Shown here: one piece after another, positions 57,321-64,000 of the stretch | Numbering within the stretch: position 1 is the stretch's first letter | Layout: every line of letters starts with the position of its first letter | DNA from: a virus | IMG/VR virus record: IMGVR_UViG_3300032291_003441 | Span: 1 to 64,000 of that record | Strand: one strand, 5' to 3' | Length of the DNA: 64,000 nucleotides | Program-made: the position numbers and the translations under genes | The notes under the pieces: model-generated | Databases searched by the model: none | What the model was told of the DNA's origin: nothing | The model's input: only the letters and a program-made list of their open reading frames with translations

Positions 57321-57585
57321 ATTGTTTTTTATATTTTTTTGCTTTTTCAGCAATATCTGCTAATTTGGCTTTGTCTATGATAATTAAAGAATCTAAAATC
57401 TTTCTAGTAGAATCTAAAGTAGAAATCATAGTATCTTTTTTACCAATTTCTAGCTGGAGGGAATCAATTGTTTTTTGGTATTGTTTATCTTTATCAGATG
57501 AATAACCTTGTTTATAAGTAAATAACCCATAGATTAATACACCTAATAAACACGCTATAACCAATTGCAAAATAAATTTTTTCAT
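57244..57585 (-). CDS. N-terminal TM plus coiled-coil protein (i-spanin-like candidate)
   Basis: MKKFILQLVIACLLGVLIYGLF then coiled coil. Confidence 0.5.
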   Translation of the reverse strand: MKKFILQLVIACLLGVLIYGLFTYKQGYSSDKDKQYQKTIDSLQLEIGKKDTMISTLDSTRKILDSLIIIDKAKLADIAEKAKKYKKQYEQEHNRINSMSDDDIISEFTAAFK

Positions 57586-57586
57586 A

Positions 57587-58042
57587 TTATCCAACCAAAT
57601 CACCAGTATCAATTTTAACGTCTCTTTCTTTAAACGCTTTTACTAATTCTGGTTTTTTAATAAATTGTTTTAGGGCAGCCATCTTCTTATCCTTTTCAAC
57701 TCCTTTTTCCATACCTTTTACTTTAGTAACTAAAGTTTTAAGTTTAGATTTAAAGTCTTCAAATTGGTCGTTAGGAATTTTAAATTTAGAAACGGTTTTA
57801 ACTTTTTCCTTTTCTAATTCTGCTTTGGTAGGTTCTCTATCTTCGTCTTCTTCCTCTAAAGTAACACTCTCACCAGATTTTAAAGTATTAATTGCTGATG
57901 GTTTATCTTTTATTTTGGAATAATTAGGATCTTTTTGCATATCGGCTACAGCTCCAGCTCCTACATAAGTTGCTTCATCTATGTCCGATAGAATTTCTAC
58001 AATGTATTCTTTAATTTCTGCTTTTAACTCAGATTTTTTCAT
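57587..58042 (-). CDS. Hypothetical protein (MKKSELKAEIKE..; possible internal head protein)
   Basis: ATATTTATA motif at 58046-58054. Confidence 0.7.
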   Translation of the reverse strand: MKKSELKAEIKEYIVEILSDIDEATYVGAGAVADMQKDPNYSKIKDKPSAINTLKSGESVTLEEEDEDREPTKAELEKEKVKTVSKFKIPNDQFEDFKSKLKTLVTKVKGMEKGVEKDKKMAALKQFIKKPELVKAFKERDVKIDTGDLVG

Positions 58043-58053
58043 GATTATAAATA

Positions 58054-58584
58054 TTAACCAAAAATTGTCTCTGTCATTTTTGCAATACGTTCCTCAGTTG
58101 TACCTGATAATTCAGTAAAATGTTTAATTTTATGATTACTCCTATATAATATTAATTTAATAATACTATCAATAGTTTCCCTATATTTTAAATCAGTTTC
58201 TCTAACTCCATTATCTTCCATCTCTACACCTTCAGGTGATACATAAAACACATAATCATATTCACCTACTAACTTATAAGCAGCATCACAAAATGCTTCA
58301 GCATCATAATAATCAATTGATTTAGCTGCTTTAGTAAACGCCATTACATCAATAACTGTACGATCTGTAATAATGTTTTCATTCATTAATTCAGCACAAC
58401 GTTCAGCTAAAAATACAAACTGACCTTTTAATGTAGAATCTGTATTCAATGGAATACCTAAATCACGTAAATACTTAGAACGCTCAGTAGCAAAATTATA
58501 ACCTTCAAATTCAGGTAAATTCATTAAAGCATTTACTAATGTAGTTTTACCTACACTCATTGTTCCACATAAACCTATTTTCAT
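58054..58584 (-). CDS. P-loop nucleotide kinase-like ATPase (AAA_28/NadR-type)
   Basis: GTMSVGKTTL, ITDRT..D, EDNGVR, GTTEER. Confidence 0.8.
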   Translation of the reverse strand: MKIGLCGTMSVGKTTLVNALMNLPEFEGYNFATERSKYLRDLGIPLNTDSTLKGQFVFLAERCAELMNENIITDRTVIDVMAFTKAAKSIDYYDAEAFCDAAYKLVGEYDYVFYVSPEGVEMEDNGVRETDLKYRETIDSIIKLILYRSNHKIKHFTELSGTTEERIAKMTETIFG

Positions 58585-58588
58585 ATTA

Positions 58589-59149
58589 TTAATATTTATT
58601 TTTTCTTTGATTTTCTATTTTAGACAACGGTCTTGTATTCGTAAATATAAAACATTTCTTTTGTTCTTCCAAACTATCTAAATTAAAAGAAGCACAAGGA
58701 ATTATATGATCTATATCCCAATAAGAACCATAATTATCCCAACTCATTTCTGGAGTGAATTGGTTTTCTAAGTATTGTTTATATTCGTTTAAAGAACATC
58801 CTAATAATTCCTCAGTTGAAGAATGTTTTAGATTTAATTTTAACGCTTTATTTATTCTTACTCTAGTATTATGTATTACCTTAAAAGATGGATTTGTTTG
58901 TAAATATTTTTTATAATTTTCTTGAAATACATTTTTATTTTTACTATAATAGTTTTTATTATATTCACTAATAGTTTCTCTATTATTTATGTTTTCAATA
59001 TGTCTTTTGTCTTTTCGTTTTAAAGTAGATTTAGTTACTACTTGTCTATTACAAGGAAAACAATAAGACTTATGTCCATCTTTTTTAGAACAATCTTTTG
59101 GAAATTGATTTAAATCATAGTTTATATTACATTTAGCACATTTTTTCAT
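58589..59149 (-). CDS. HNH-type homing endonuclease (paralog of 46024..46605)
   Basis: CAKC..C..C; LGC..YLE.QF..EMSWDNYG..WDIDHIIP..N..PL..N. Confidence 0.8.
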   Translation of the reverse strand: MKKCAKCNINYDLNQFPKDCSKKDGHKSYCFPCNRQVVTKSTLKRKDKRHIENINNRETISEYNKNYYSKNKNVFQENYKKYLQTNPSFKVIHNTRVRINKALKLNLKHSSTEELLGCSLNEYKQYLENQFTPEMSWDNYGSYWDIDHIIPCASFNLDSLEEQKKCFIFTNTRPLSKIENQRKNKY

Positions 59150-59201
59150 CCATTATACATATTAGGACTTCCTTGAAAAATTAAGGGAAATCCTTTTTCT
59201 T

Positions 59202-59450
59202 TTAATGTCTGTTTTGACCTGCTTGACCTAAATTGGTTTTAAACCAAGGCAAACCCTCACGATTGCGTCTTGCTTCTTTCCAACCATCTTCTGTATATGG
59301 AATACCATGAAGATGATATTCACGTTTACGATTATCACCTTGTGGAATGTATGCTGGACCTTCCCAATTGTGTAGTTTATTTTCCCAAACATAGGCAATA
59401 GTGCCATCCTCTTTGGTTAGTTTTCTACTTGGTTCATATTTAGTTTTCAT
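59202..59450 (-). CDS. Hypothetical protein (LHNWEGPA motif)
   Basis: ORF with promoter at 59456-59487. Confidence 0.7.
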   Translation of the reverse strand: MKTKYEPSRKLTKEDGTIAYVWENKLHNWEGPAYIPQGDNRKREYHLHGIPYTEDGWKEARRNREGLPWFKTNLGQAGQNRH

Positions 59451-59455
59451 AATCT

Positions 59456-59487
59456 ATAATATAATATTCTTTTTTTAATTTTCCAAA
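59456..59487 (-). promoter_or_regulatory. Host-sigma-type promoter TTTG-N20-TATATTAT
   Basis: Repeated motif filling the intergenic gap. Confidence 0.6.
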
Positions 59488-60840
59488 TTATCCCCAATAA
59501 GTCATATCCCCATGGATATTGTCCCACTTGTCTGTTGTTATAAATTTTTCAACAGATAAAATACCTTGTGCTCCTGAAACTGTAATACCACGAGCTGATA
59601 AAGCATCTCCTACAAAGTGAACATTTGGATAATCAACTAAAGCTAAATCACTTGGATAAACTAATGGTTCGGGTGACAAATATTTTACCTCAGGAACATA
59701 AACACCCCAATCATCTTGAAGTGTTAGGAATACTTTTTTCATATCCTCAATAAAATCCTCTATGTAATTCCAATACTCACCCATTCCCTGTCTTACAATA
59801 TCTAAACTATCAATTTGGATTGAGCTAACTTTTTCACCTTCTGATGTTGATGATGGTTTACGAGATGGACTATAATACAAACCTGTTCCATCAAATTGTA
59901 ATTCATTTACTACTTTACGAGACCAAGCAAATGGATCTTCAATATCTTTAATTTCCATAATAATACCAAAATTAGTCATTCCGTTTAGGTATTTAGGATC
60001 TTTTTTAGCATGTCCATTGTAAGTAACATCACCATATGTTTCTTCTACAGCTACATAAGCGGCATTATTATTTGTACAAAATGAACGTAATGAAACGCCT
60101 GTATCAAATTTACGGTACAATTTAAAATCGTAACTAATATCAATTAATTTTTGAAAGTGATGTTGTGGTGCTTCAAATCTAACTCCAATTTGTACTGATT
60201 TAGGTTCATCTGGTAGGTTATATTCTTGGGCTAATTCTTGGGCAAAATCAATTCCGGATTTACCTACGGCAAATATGAGTTCATCATATTTTATCATTTT
60301 TAGTTTACCTAATTTAACTGGTAAAGGAGAATAACCTAGTGAATTTTGTTTAAAATTGATATCGGTTACTTTAGTTTCCCACATAAAGATTACACCTTTA
60401 GATACTAAATAATCATACCAATTTTTAGCAATCTCAGATAAATAATCTGTACCTACGTGCCAAACAGGAAATAAACGTAAACCGAAATATGGTTTAATAA
60501 ATTCTGGTTCTTCAACTGGATTTGAACATTGTACTTCCTCTGGTTTGGGGTGAAAACGTTTAAAGTTGTTAATAACTTCATCCATTAATTTCATTGCCTT
60601 TTCCTCACCTGTATATTTAGACAATTGACCTCCGATTGCTGTATGATAAGTTAATTTACCATCAGACCAACCTCCAGCACCTAGAAAACCTGTCATTACT
60701 TCTTCTGGTTTTCTGTTGTAAGGGTCTTTACCCATATCAATAATGGTGATTAAACTACCATCATAACCATTGTCTACTAATTTAGTGGCAGCATTTACAC
60801 CTGCTACTCCTGATCCTACAATTATAATTTTCTTTGCCAT
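59488..60840 (-). CDS. FAD-dependent oxidoreductase / dehydrogenase
   Basis: IVGSGVAG Rossmann motif, GAGGWSDGKL, IGVRFE, RSFC, NGH, GD..ARGI..SG. Confidence 0.85.
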   Translation of the reverse strand: MAKKIIIVGSGVAGVNAATKLVDNGYDGSLITIIDMGKDPYNRKPEEVMTGFLGAGGWSDGKLTYHTAIGGQLSKYTGEEKAMKLMDEVINNFKRFHPKPEEVQCSNPVEEPEFIKPYFGLRLFPVWHVGTDYLSEIAKNWYDYLVSKGVIFMWETKVTDINFKQNSLGYSPLPVKLGKLKMIKYDELIFAVGKSGIDFAQELAQEYNLPDEPKSVQIGVRFEAPQHHFQKLIDISYDFKLYRKFDTGVSLRSFCTNNNAAYVAVEETYGDVTYNGHAKKDPKYLNGMTNFGIIMEIKDIEDPFAWSRKVVNELQFDGTGLYYSPSRKPSSTSEGEKVSSIQIDSLDIVRQGMGEYWNYIEDFIEDMKKVFLTLQDDWGVYVPEVKYLSPEPLVYPSDLALVDYPNVHFVGDALSARGITVSGAQGILSVEKFITTDKWDNIHGDMTYWG

Positions 60841-60852
60841 ATGTTTAATGCG

Positions 60853-60884
60853 TTAATATAATAAAAAAAGCTGTAACCCCCAAA
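60853..60884 (-). promoter_or_regulatory. Host-sigma-type promoter TTTG-N20-TATATTAA, overlapping a terminator
   Basis: Exact motif 12 nt before ATG 60840. Confidence 0.65.
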
Positions 60885-60899
60885 TTGGAGGCCACAGCT
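60862..60899 (-). terminator. Terminator hairpin
   Basis: Minus strand GAGCTGTGGCCTCC-aattt-GGGGGTTACAGCT followed by a U run. Confidence 0.7.
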
Positions 60900-60952
60900 C
60901 TCGTGAAATTTTCATGCGACGGGCTATGAATCCGTCTATAAATTTATTCCTA

Positions 60953-61684
60953 TTAAGTTTTATAAACTAAAGGAACAATATTATTATATGATATGTTGTC
61001 AAAAGGAGTTCCAGCACCCGCAACTACCATTGCTCCTTTTACTTTTGGATTAATTGATGCTTGTAGAGCAATACTTTTTGGAGTATATCCTAAAATTGAG
61101 GCTACAATTTTTGCTTTATCGCCTGGTGTTCCAACTGGATCTAGGTTATATGGAGCTAAATTCCATCCTCCAGCTACAGTTAATGCTACCCAATTAGCTT
61201 GAGTTGTTATTGGATCTGTAGTACTACCGTGGGTTTGAATTCTCCAAGCATTATTATATAAATCATCCTCATCAGCAAAAGCATATTGTACTACATATTG
61301 TTGAGTAGGCCCTACAGCACTTTCTAATGAAGGTGTAATAACATAATATTGACCTGTTGGGGGGATTTGAATTTCTGTAAACAAGTTTGGATTTAATCCT
61401 GCTGTGTTTAAAGCAGCATAATCTAATGTAAAATTGGTACCTGTTAAAAAATATAATTTACCCCTTACAGTTGATGCTGGAAATGGAGTATACATTTGTA
61501 GGGGTTTAGAAGCAGTATTTGCTCCACTTCCTGAATCTAAAGTATAATTAACATTTGGGGTTACTGGTGGAAATGATCCTAAATAACCATAACCATAGTT
61601 ATTAGCTACAGTTTTAGCATCCCAAAACGTATCAAAAGATGATGTTAAGGATTGCCCTACTCCGGTTATAAAAATAGATGCCAT
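60953..61684 (-). CDS. Hypothetical, probably structural protein
   Basis: Thr/Gly/Pro/aromatic-rich, low charge. Confidence 0.65.
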   Translation of the reverse strand: MASIFITGVGQSLTSSFDTFWDAKTVANNYGYGYLGSFPPVTPNVNYTLDSGSGANTASKPLQMYTPFPASTVRGKLYFLTGTNFTLDYAALNTAGLNPNLFTEIQIPPTGQYYVITPSLESAVGPTQQYVVQYAFADEDDLYNNAWRIQTHGSTTDPITTQANWVALTVAGGWNLAPYNLDPVGTPGDKAKIVASILGYTPKSIALQASINPKVKGAMVVAGAGTPFDNISYNNIVPLVYKT

Positions 61685-61724
61685 CAGTTTTTATTTATAT
61701 TATATTCGTAGTTGTTATGGGAAA

Positions 61725-62345
61725 TTATTTAAATAAATCAGAAATAAATGTTTTTACTTCTCCCCCCTTAATAGCACTTAAAGCACCTTCTAAAGTAGCT
61801 AAAGATACGTTTTTAGCTTGAAGAGCTTTTACTGCTGTTGCTCCGGATGCTATTAAGAATGAAGCTACAATTACGTGAAAAATTCCATTTGATACTTGTT
61901 TAGCTTTAGCAGGATCTTTAACAAATTTCTTAACAATAGCTTCTAAAGGAGCCATGTATAAATGGTGTAATTCATCTGCAATATGAGATAATTTATTCAT
62001 CCATTGGTTATAAGCATCTTCATCTGTTGGTTTTTTACCTAATGCTTTGTTAACCATAGTACCTGCTGCTTTACCAAATTTAGCAACTAACCCCATAATA
62101 GCAGGTAATGCAATAGCAATACTAGCTACTGTTAATAAACCTTCATTGGTGGATTGTGTAGCTTTAGCTAATTCAGCATCCATAGTTTTTAATATAGAAG
62201 ACATTTCGTCTTTTACATCATCAACTACTGCTTGTTCCTTATCATCTAAATCGATATCAACTTCTGCTAGTTTTTCTTTATATTGGCTTTCGCTAATGAT
62301 ACCAGCAAGTTTTTGTAATCGTAATGTTTCTTCTGTTATAATCAT
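61725..62345 (-). CDS. Hypothetical protein with N-terminal RLQKLAGI motif and two hydrophobic segments
   Basis: ATATTTATA motif at 62354-62362. Confidence 0.7.
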   Translation of the reverse strand: MIITEETLRLQKLAGIISESQYKEKLAEVDIDLDDKEQAVVDDVKDEMSSILKTMDAELAKATQSTNEGLLTVASIAIALPAIMGLVAKFGKAAGTMVNKALGKKPTDEDAYNQWMNKLSHIADELHHLYMAPLEAIVKKFVKDPAKAKQVSNGIFHVIVASFLIASGATAVKALQAKNVSLATLEGALSAIKGGEVKTFISDLFK

Positions 62346-62371
62346 GATTTTGTTATAAATATATTATTTAT

Positions 62372-62785
62372 TTAATCAGTTAAAGGACCACCAACAACCC
62401 AAGCATCACAAGTTCTAGCGGCAGCACATTTAAACTTTAAGAACCTACAATAACCTAAATGACCGGCTTCAATAACATCGAAAGGATCTTCAGAACCTTC
62501 ATCGTCACCTATTCCTTTTGCAATACAGTCAAGAGTCTTTTTTGTTATATCAAATGCTGCACAATTACCGCAAAGTGATTTTTTAGCTTCTTCTGCAGAA
62601 TCAAGCTTCCACATATCAACTTTAGCCTGCCAAAACTTTTCGTTAGGTTCATTGGGATTTAATGGACCGTATCCATACTCATTAATTGCCTTCTGTCTGT
62701 TCTGAAGGTTTAATTCAATGTTTTGAGTAGGGGCAGGACATTTTGCTACCTCTGCTTCACTTAATATATCTAATAAATTTATCAT
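62372..62785 (-). CDS. Cys-rich hypothetical protein
   Basis: CGNCAAF..C..GYC..FKCAAARTC.AW; start moved to ATG 62785. Confidence 0.75.
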   Translation of the reverse strand: MINLLDILSEAEVAKCPAPTQNIELNLQNRQKAINEYGYGPLNPNEPNEKFWQAKVDMWKLDSAEEAKKSLCGNCAAFDITKKTLDCIAKGIGDDEGSEDPFDVIEAGHLGYCRFLKFKCAAARTCDAWVVGGPLTD

Positions 62786-62786
62786 G

Positions 62787-63404
62787 TTACCAAGCTTTAC
62801 AAGACCAATAATTTGCTTTCCAACGTGGTCCAGGATTTTTACAATTATGTCTAGCTCTGTAAGCGGCACGTGCTTTAGGGTTTTTGGCTTTAATTACCAT
62901 TCGCTTACCTTTTGCTGATTTACCACCAAATCCAAAATTAACTTTTACAACTTTACCTTTAGCGTTTTTAACATATACTTTAAACTTTTTAATGTCACCT
63001 TGCATTGGTTTACCTAATTGAACTTTACGTCCTTGGTATTCGGCCTCGTTTAGTATATCTTCATCAGGCATAGGCATATCTAAAGGAACTAATTGACCTT
63101 CAAATATTCCATATTCACCTAAATCTGTTTCGGTAATTTTTTCTTTATCAATACCTTCAACGTTTAAAGCACCACGAGAATACAAATATCTTGCTTCAAC
63201 CCATAAGTCTAAATATTCTTTAGAACCATATGGTAATGTTGTTTCATATAGTGGTTTTTTATTGTCTATATGGTATTGCATGTTTTCAGTCATCAAAACA
63301 CGCGACTGAAGATTTTCGTTTAATATAGGTGCTTTAGTAGGTTTTGTTGCTGTGCAACAATCCTTATTTTCCAATACTTCCCTAATTAATTTTTTTAAAT
63401 CCAT
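62787..63404 (-). CDS. Hypothetical protein with basic C-terminal domain
   Basis: KKFKVYV..KVNFG..RARHNC..YWSC..W; ATATTTATA motif at 63408-63416. Confidence 0.75.
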   Translation of the reverse strand: MDLKKLIREVLENKDCCTATKPTKAPILNENLQSRVLMTENMQYHIDNKKPLYETTLPYGSKEYLDLWVEARYLYSRGALNVEGIDKEKITETDLGEYGIFEGQLVPLDMPMPDEDILNEAEYQGRKVQLGKPMQGDIKKFKVYVKNAKGKVVKVNFGFGGKSAKGKRMVIKAKNPKARAAYRARHNCKNPGPRWKANYWSCKAW

Positions 63405-63415
63405 GGTTATAAATA

Positions 63416-64000
63416 TTAAGCTACTGCTTGATCGTATGTTAATTCGGCTTGAGCACCTTTTATATTACCATCTTTATATCCATGACTTTTGTTATACACA
63501 ATAGGTCTTAAACCTTTACTTGCTGTACGAGTAACATCATGTCTTAATACTAAGATAGGTTCGTATTCGGTACCTTCAACATCAGATAAATCTGTAAATA
63601 TAACTCCTGATTTAATAGTTAATGTTGAACCGGAAAATGAAAAATCGTTTGGTGAAAATGTTTGTTTAATAACTACAGTTTTTGGTTTATCTGTACCAAA
63701 AACAATTGATTCATTTTCGTTGTTTGGAAGATCAGTAATTATAATTCCACTTAAATCAGTATCTGTTTTAGGATTATATAAACGATAAATTCCTTCTTTT
63801 TCGGTTTTTCTTAAACCGATTGTAGGAAAAGGATTACTAATTAATTTTTGAGATAATTTATTAACTAAATCTTTATACCTTTTATCAGCACTTTCCCACA
63901 TAACAGCATTTGATTTTTTAAGAGAAATATTAGCTATAACATTTCCTTCCTCACCTAATAATTGAACATCTGCTTTTTTACCTCCAGCAGTATCTGTTCC
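63416..64000 (-). CDS. Partial ORF (5' end off-window) with a PD-(D/E)xK-like motif
   Basis: Frame is open from 64000: GTDTAGGKKADVQLL..ISLKKSNAVMWES. Confidence 0.6.
   Translation of the reverse strand, partial: GTDTAGGKKADVQLLGEEGNVIANISLKKSNAVMWESADKRYKDLVNKLSQKLISNPFPTIGLRKTEKEGIYRLYNPKTDTDLSGIIITDLPNNENESIVFGTDKPKTVVIKQTFSPNDFSFSGSTLTIKSGVIFTDLSDVEGTEYEPILVLRHDVTRTASKGLRPIVYNKSHGYKDGNIKGAQAELTYDQAVA

Noticed and set aside
346-59149. Group I introns or inteins associated with the endonucleases
   Set aside because: Neighbouring genes (queE, SSB, capsid, terminase, RNR, helicase) look full-length and uninterrupted
35-63788. All plus-strand ORFs in the track (e.g. 6914..7384, 25440..25844, 48257..48721)
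   Set aside because: Antisense to well-supported minus-strand genes; no recognisable motifs
1-64000. Alternative genetic code (stop-codon reassignment)
   Set aside because: Standard-code ORFs tile the window densely with intact core genes
1-64000. tRNA or rRNA genes
   Set aside because: Intergenic gaps are short and I saw no cloverleaf; tRNAscan would be the definitive test

Overview
The window is a 64 kb piece of a large, AT-rich, T4-like myovirus genome, with every credible gene on the minus strand. The host is probably a Bacteroidota species, inferred from a TTG-N20-TAnnTT promoter repeated 11 times. From right to left it carries: accessory and probable head-packaged proteins; terminase, portal, protease, scaffold and major capsid; an amidinotransferase / pyruvoyl-decarboxylase / PhoH operon; neck genes; a 1481-aa Ser/Gly/Thr triplet-repeat fibre with an S74 chaperone domain, followed by three glycosyltransferases (one of the Aah/TibC protein O-heptosyltransferase family); sheath, tube, a frameshifted chaperone pair, tape measure and baseplate; a replication block (short PolA, SSB, RecA, 5'-3' exonuclease, helicase, class II RNR); and a 7-deazaguanine cluster (queC/D/E plus a TGT-fold DpdA candidate). 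Five free-standing homing endonucleases are interspersed. The best candidate for a new system is virion O-glycosylation: the glycosyltransferase operon sits beside a hyper-Ser/Thr fibre, and S/T-G/A-S motifs recur in capsid, sheath, neck and other structural proteins. Other highlights are a +1 frameshift before the tape measure gene, two promoter classes, a scaffold-like motif on accessory proteins, and an unexplained amidinotransferase plus soluble Psd-like pair. All family assignments come from motif recognition by eye; no database search was run. I saw no tRNA, rRNA or CRISPR array.
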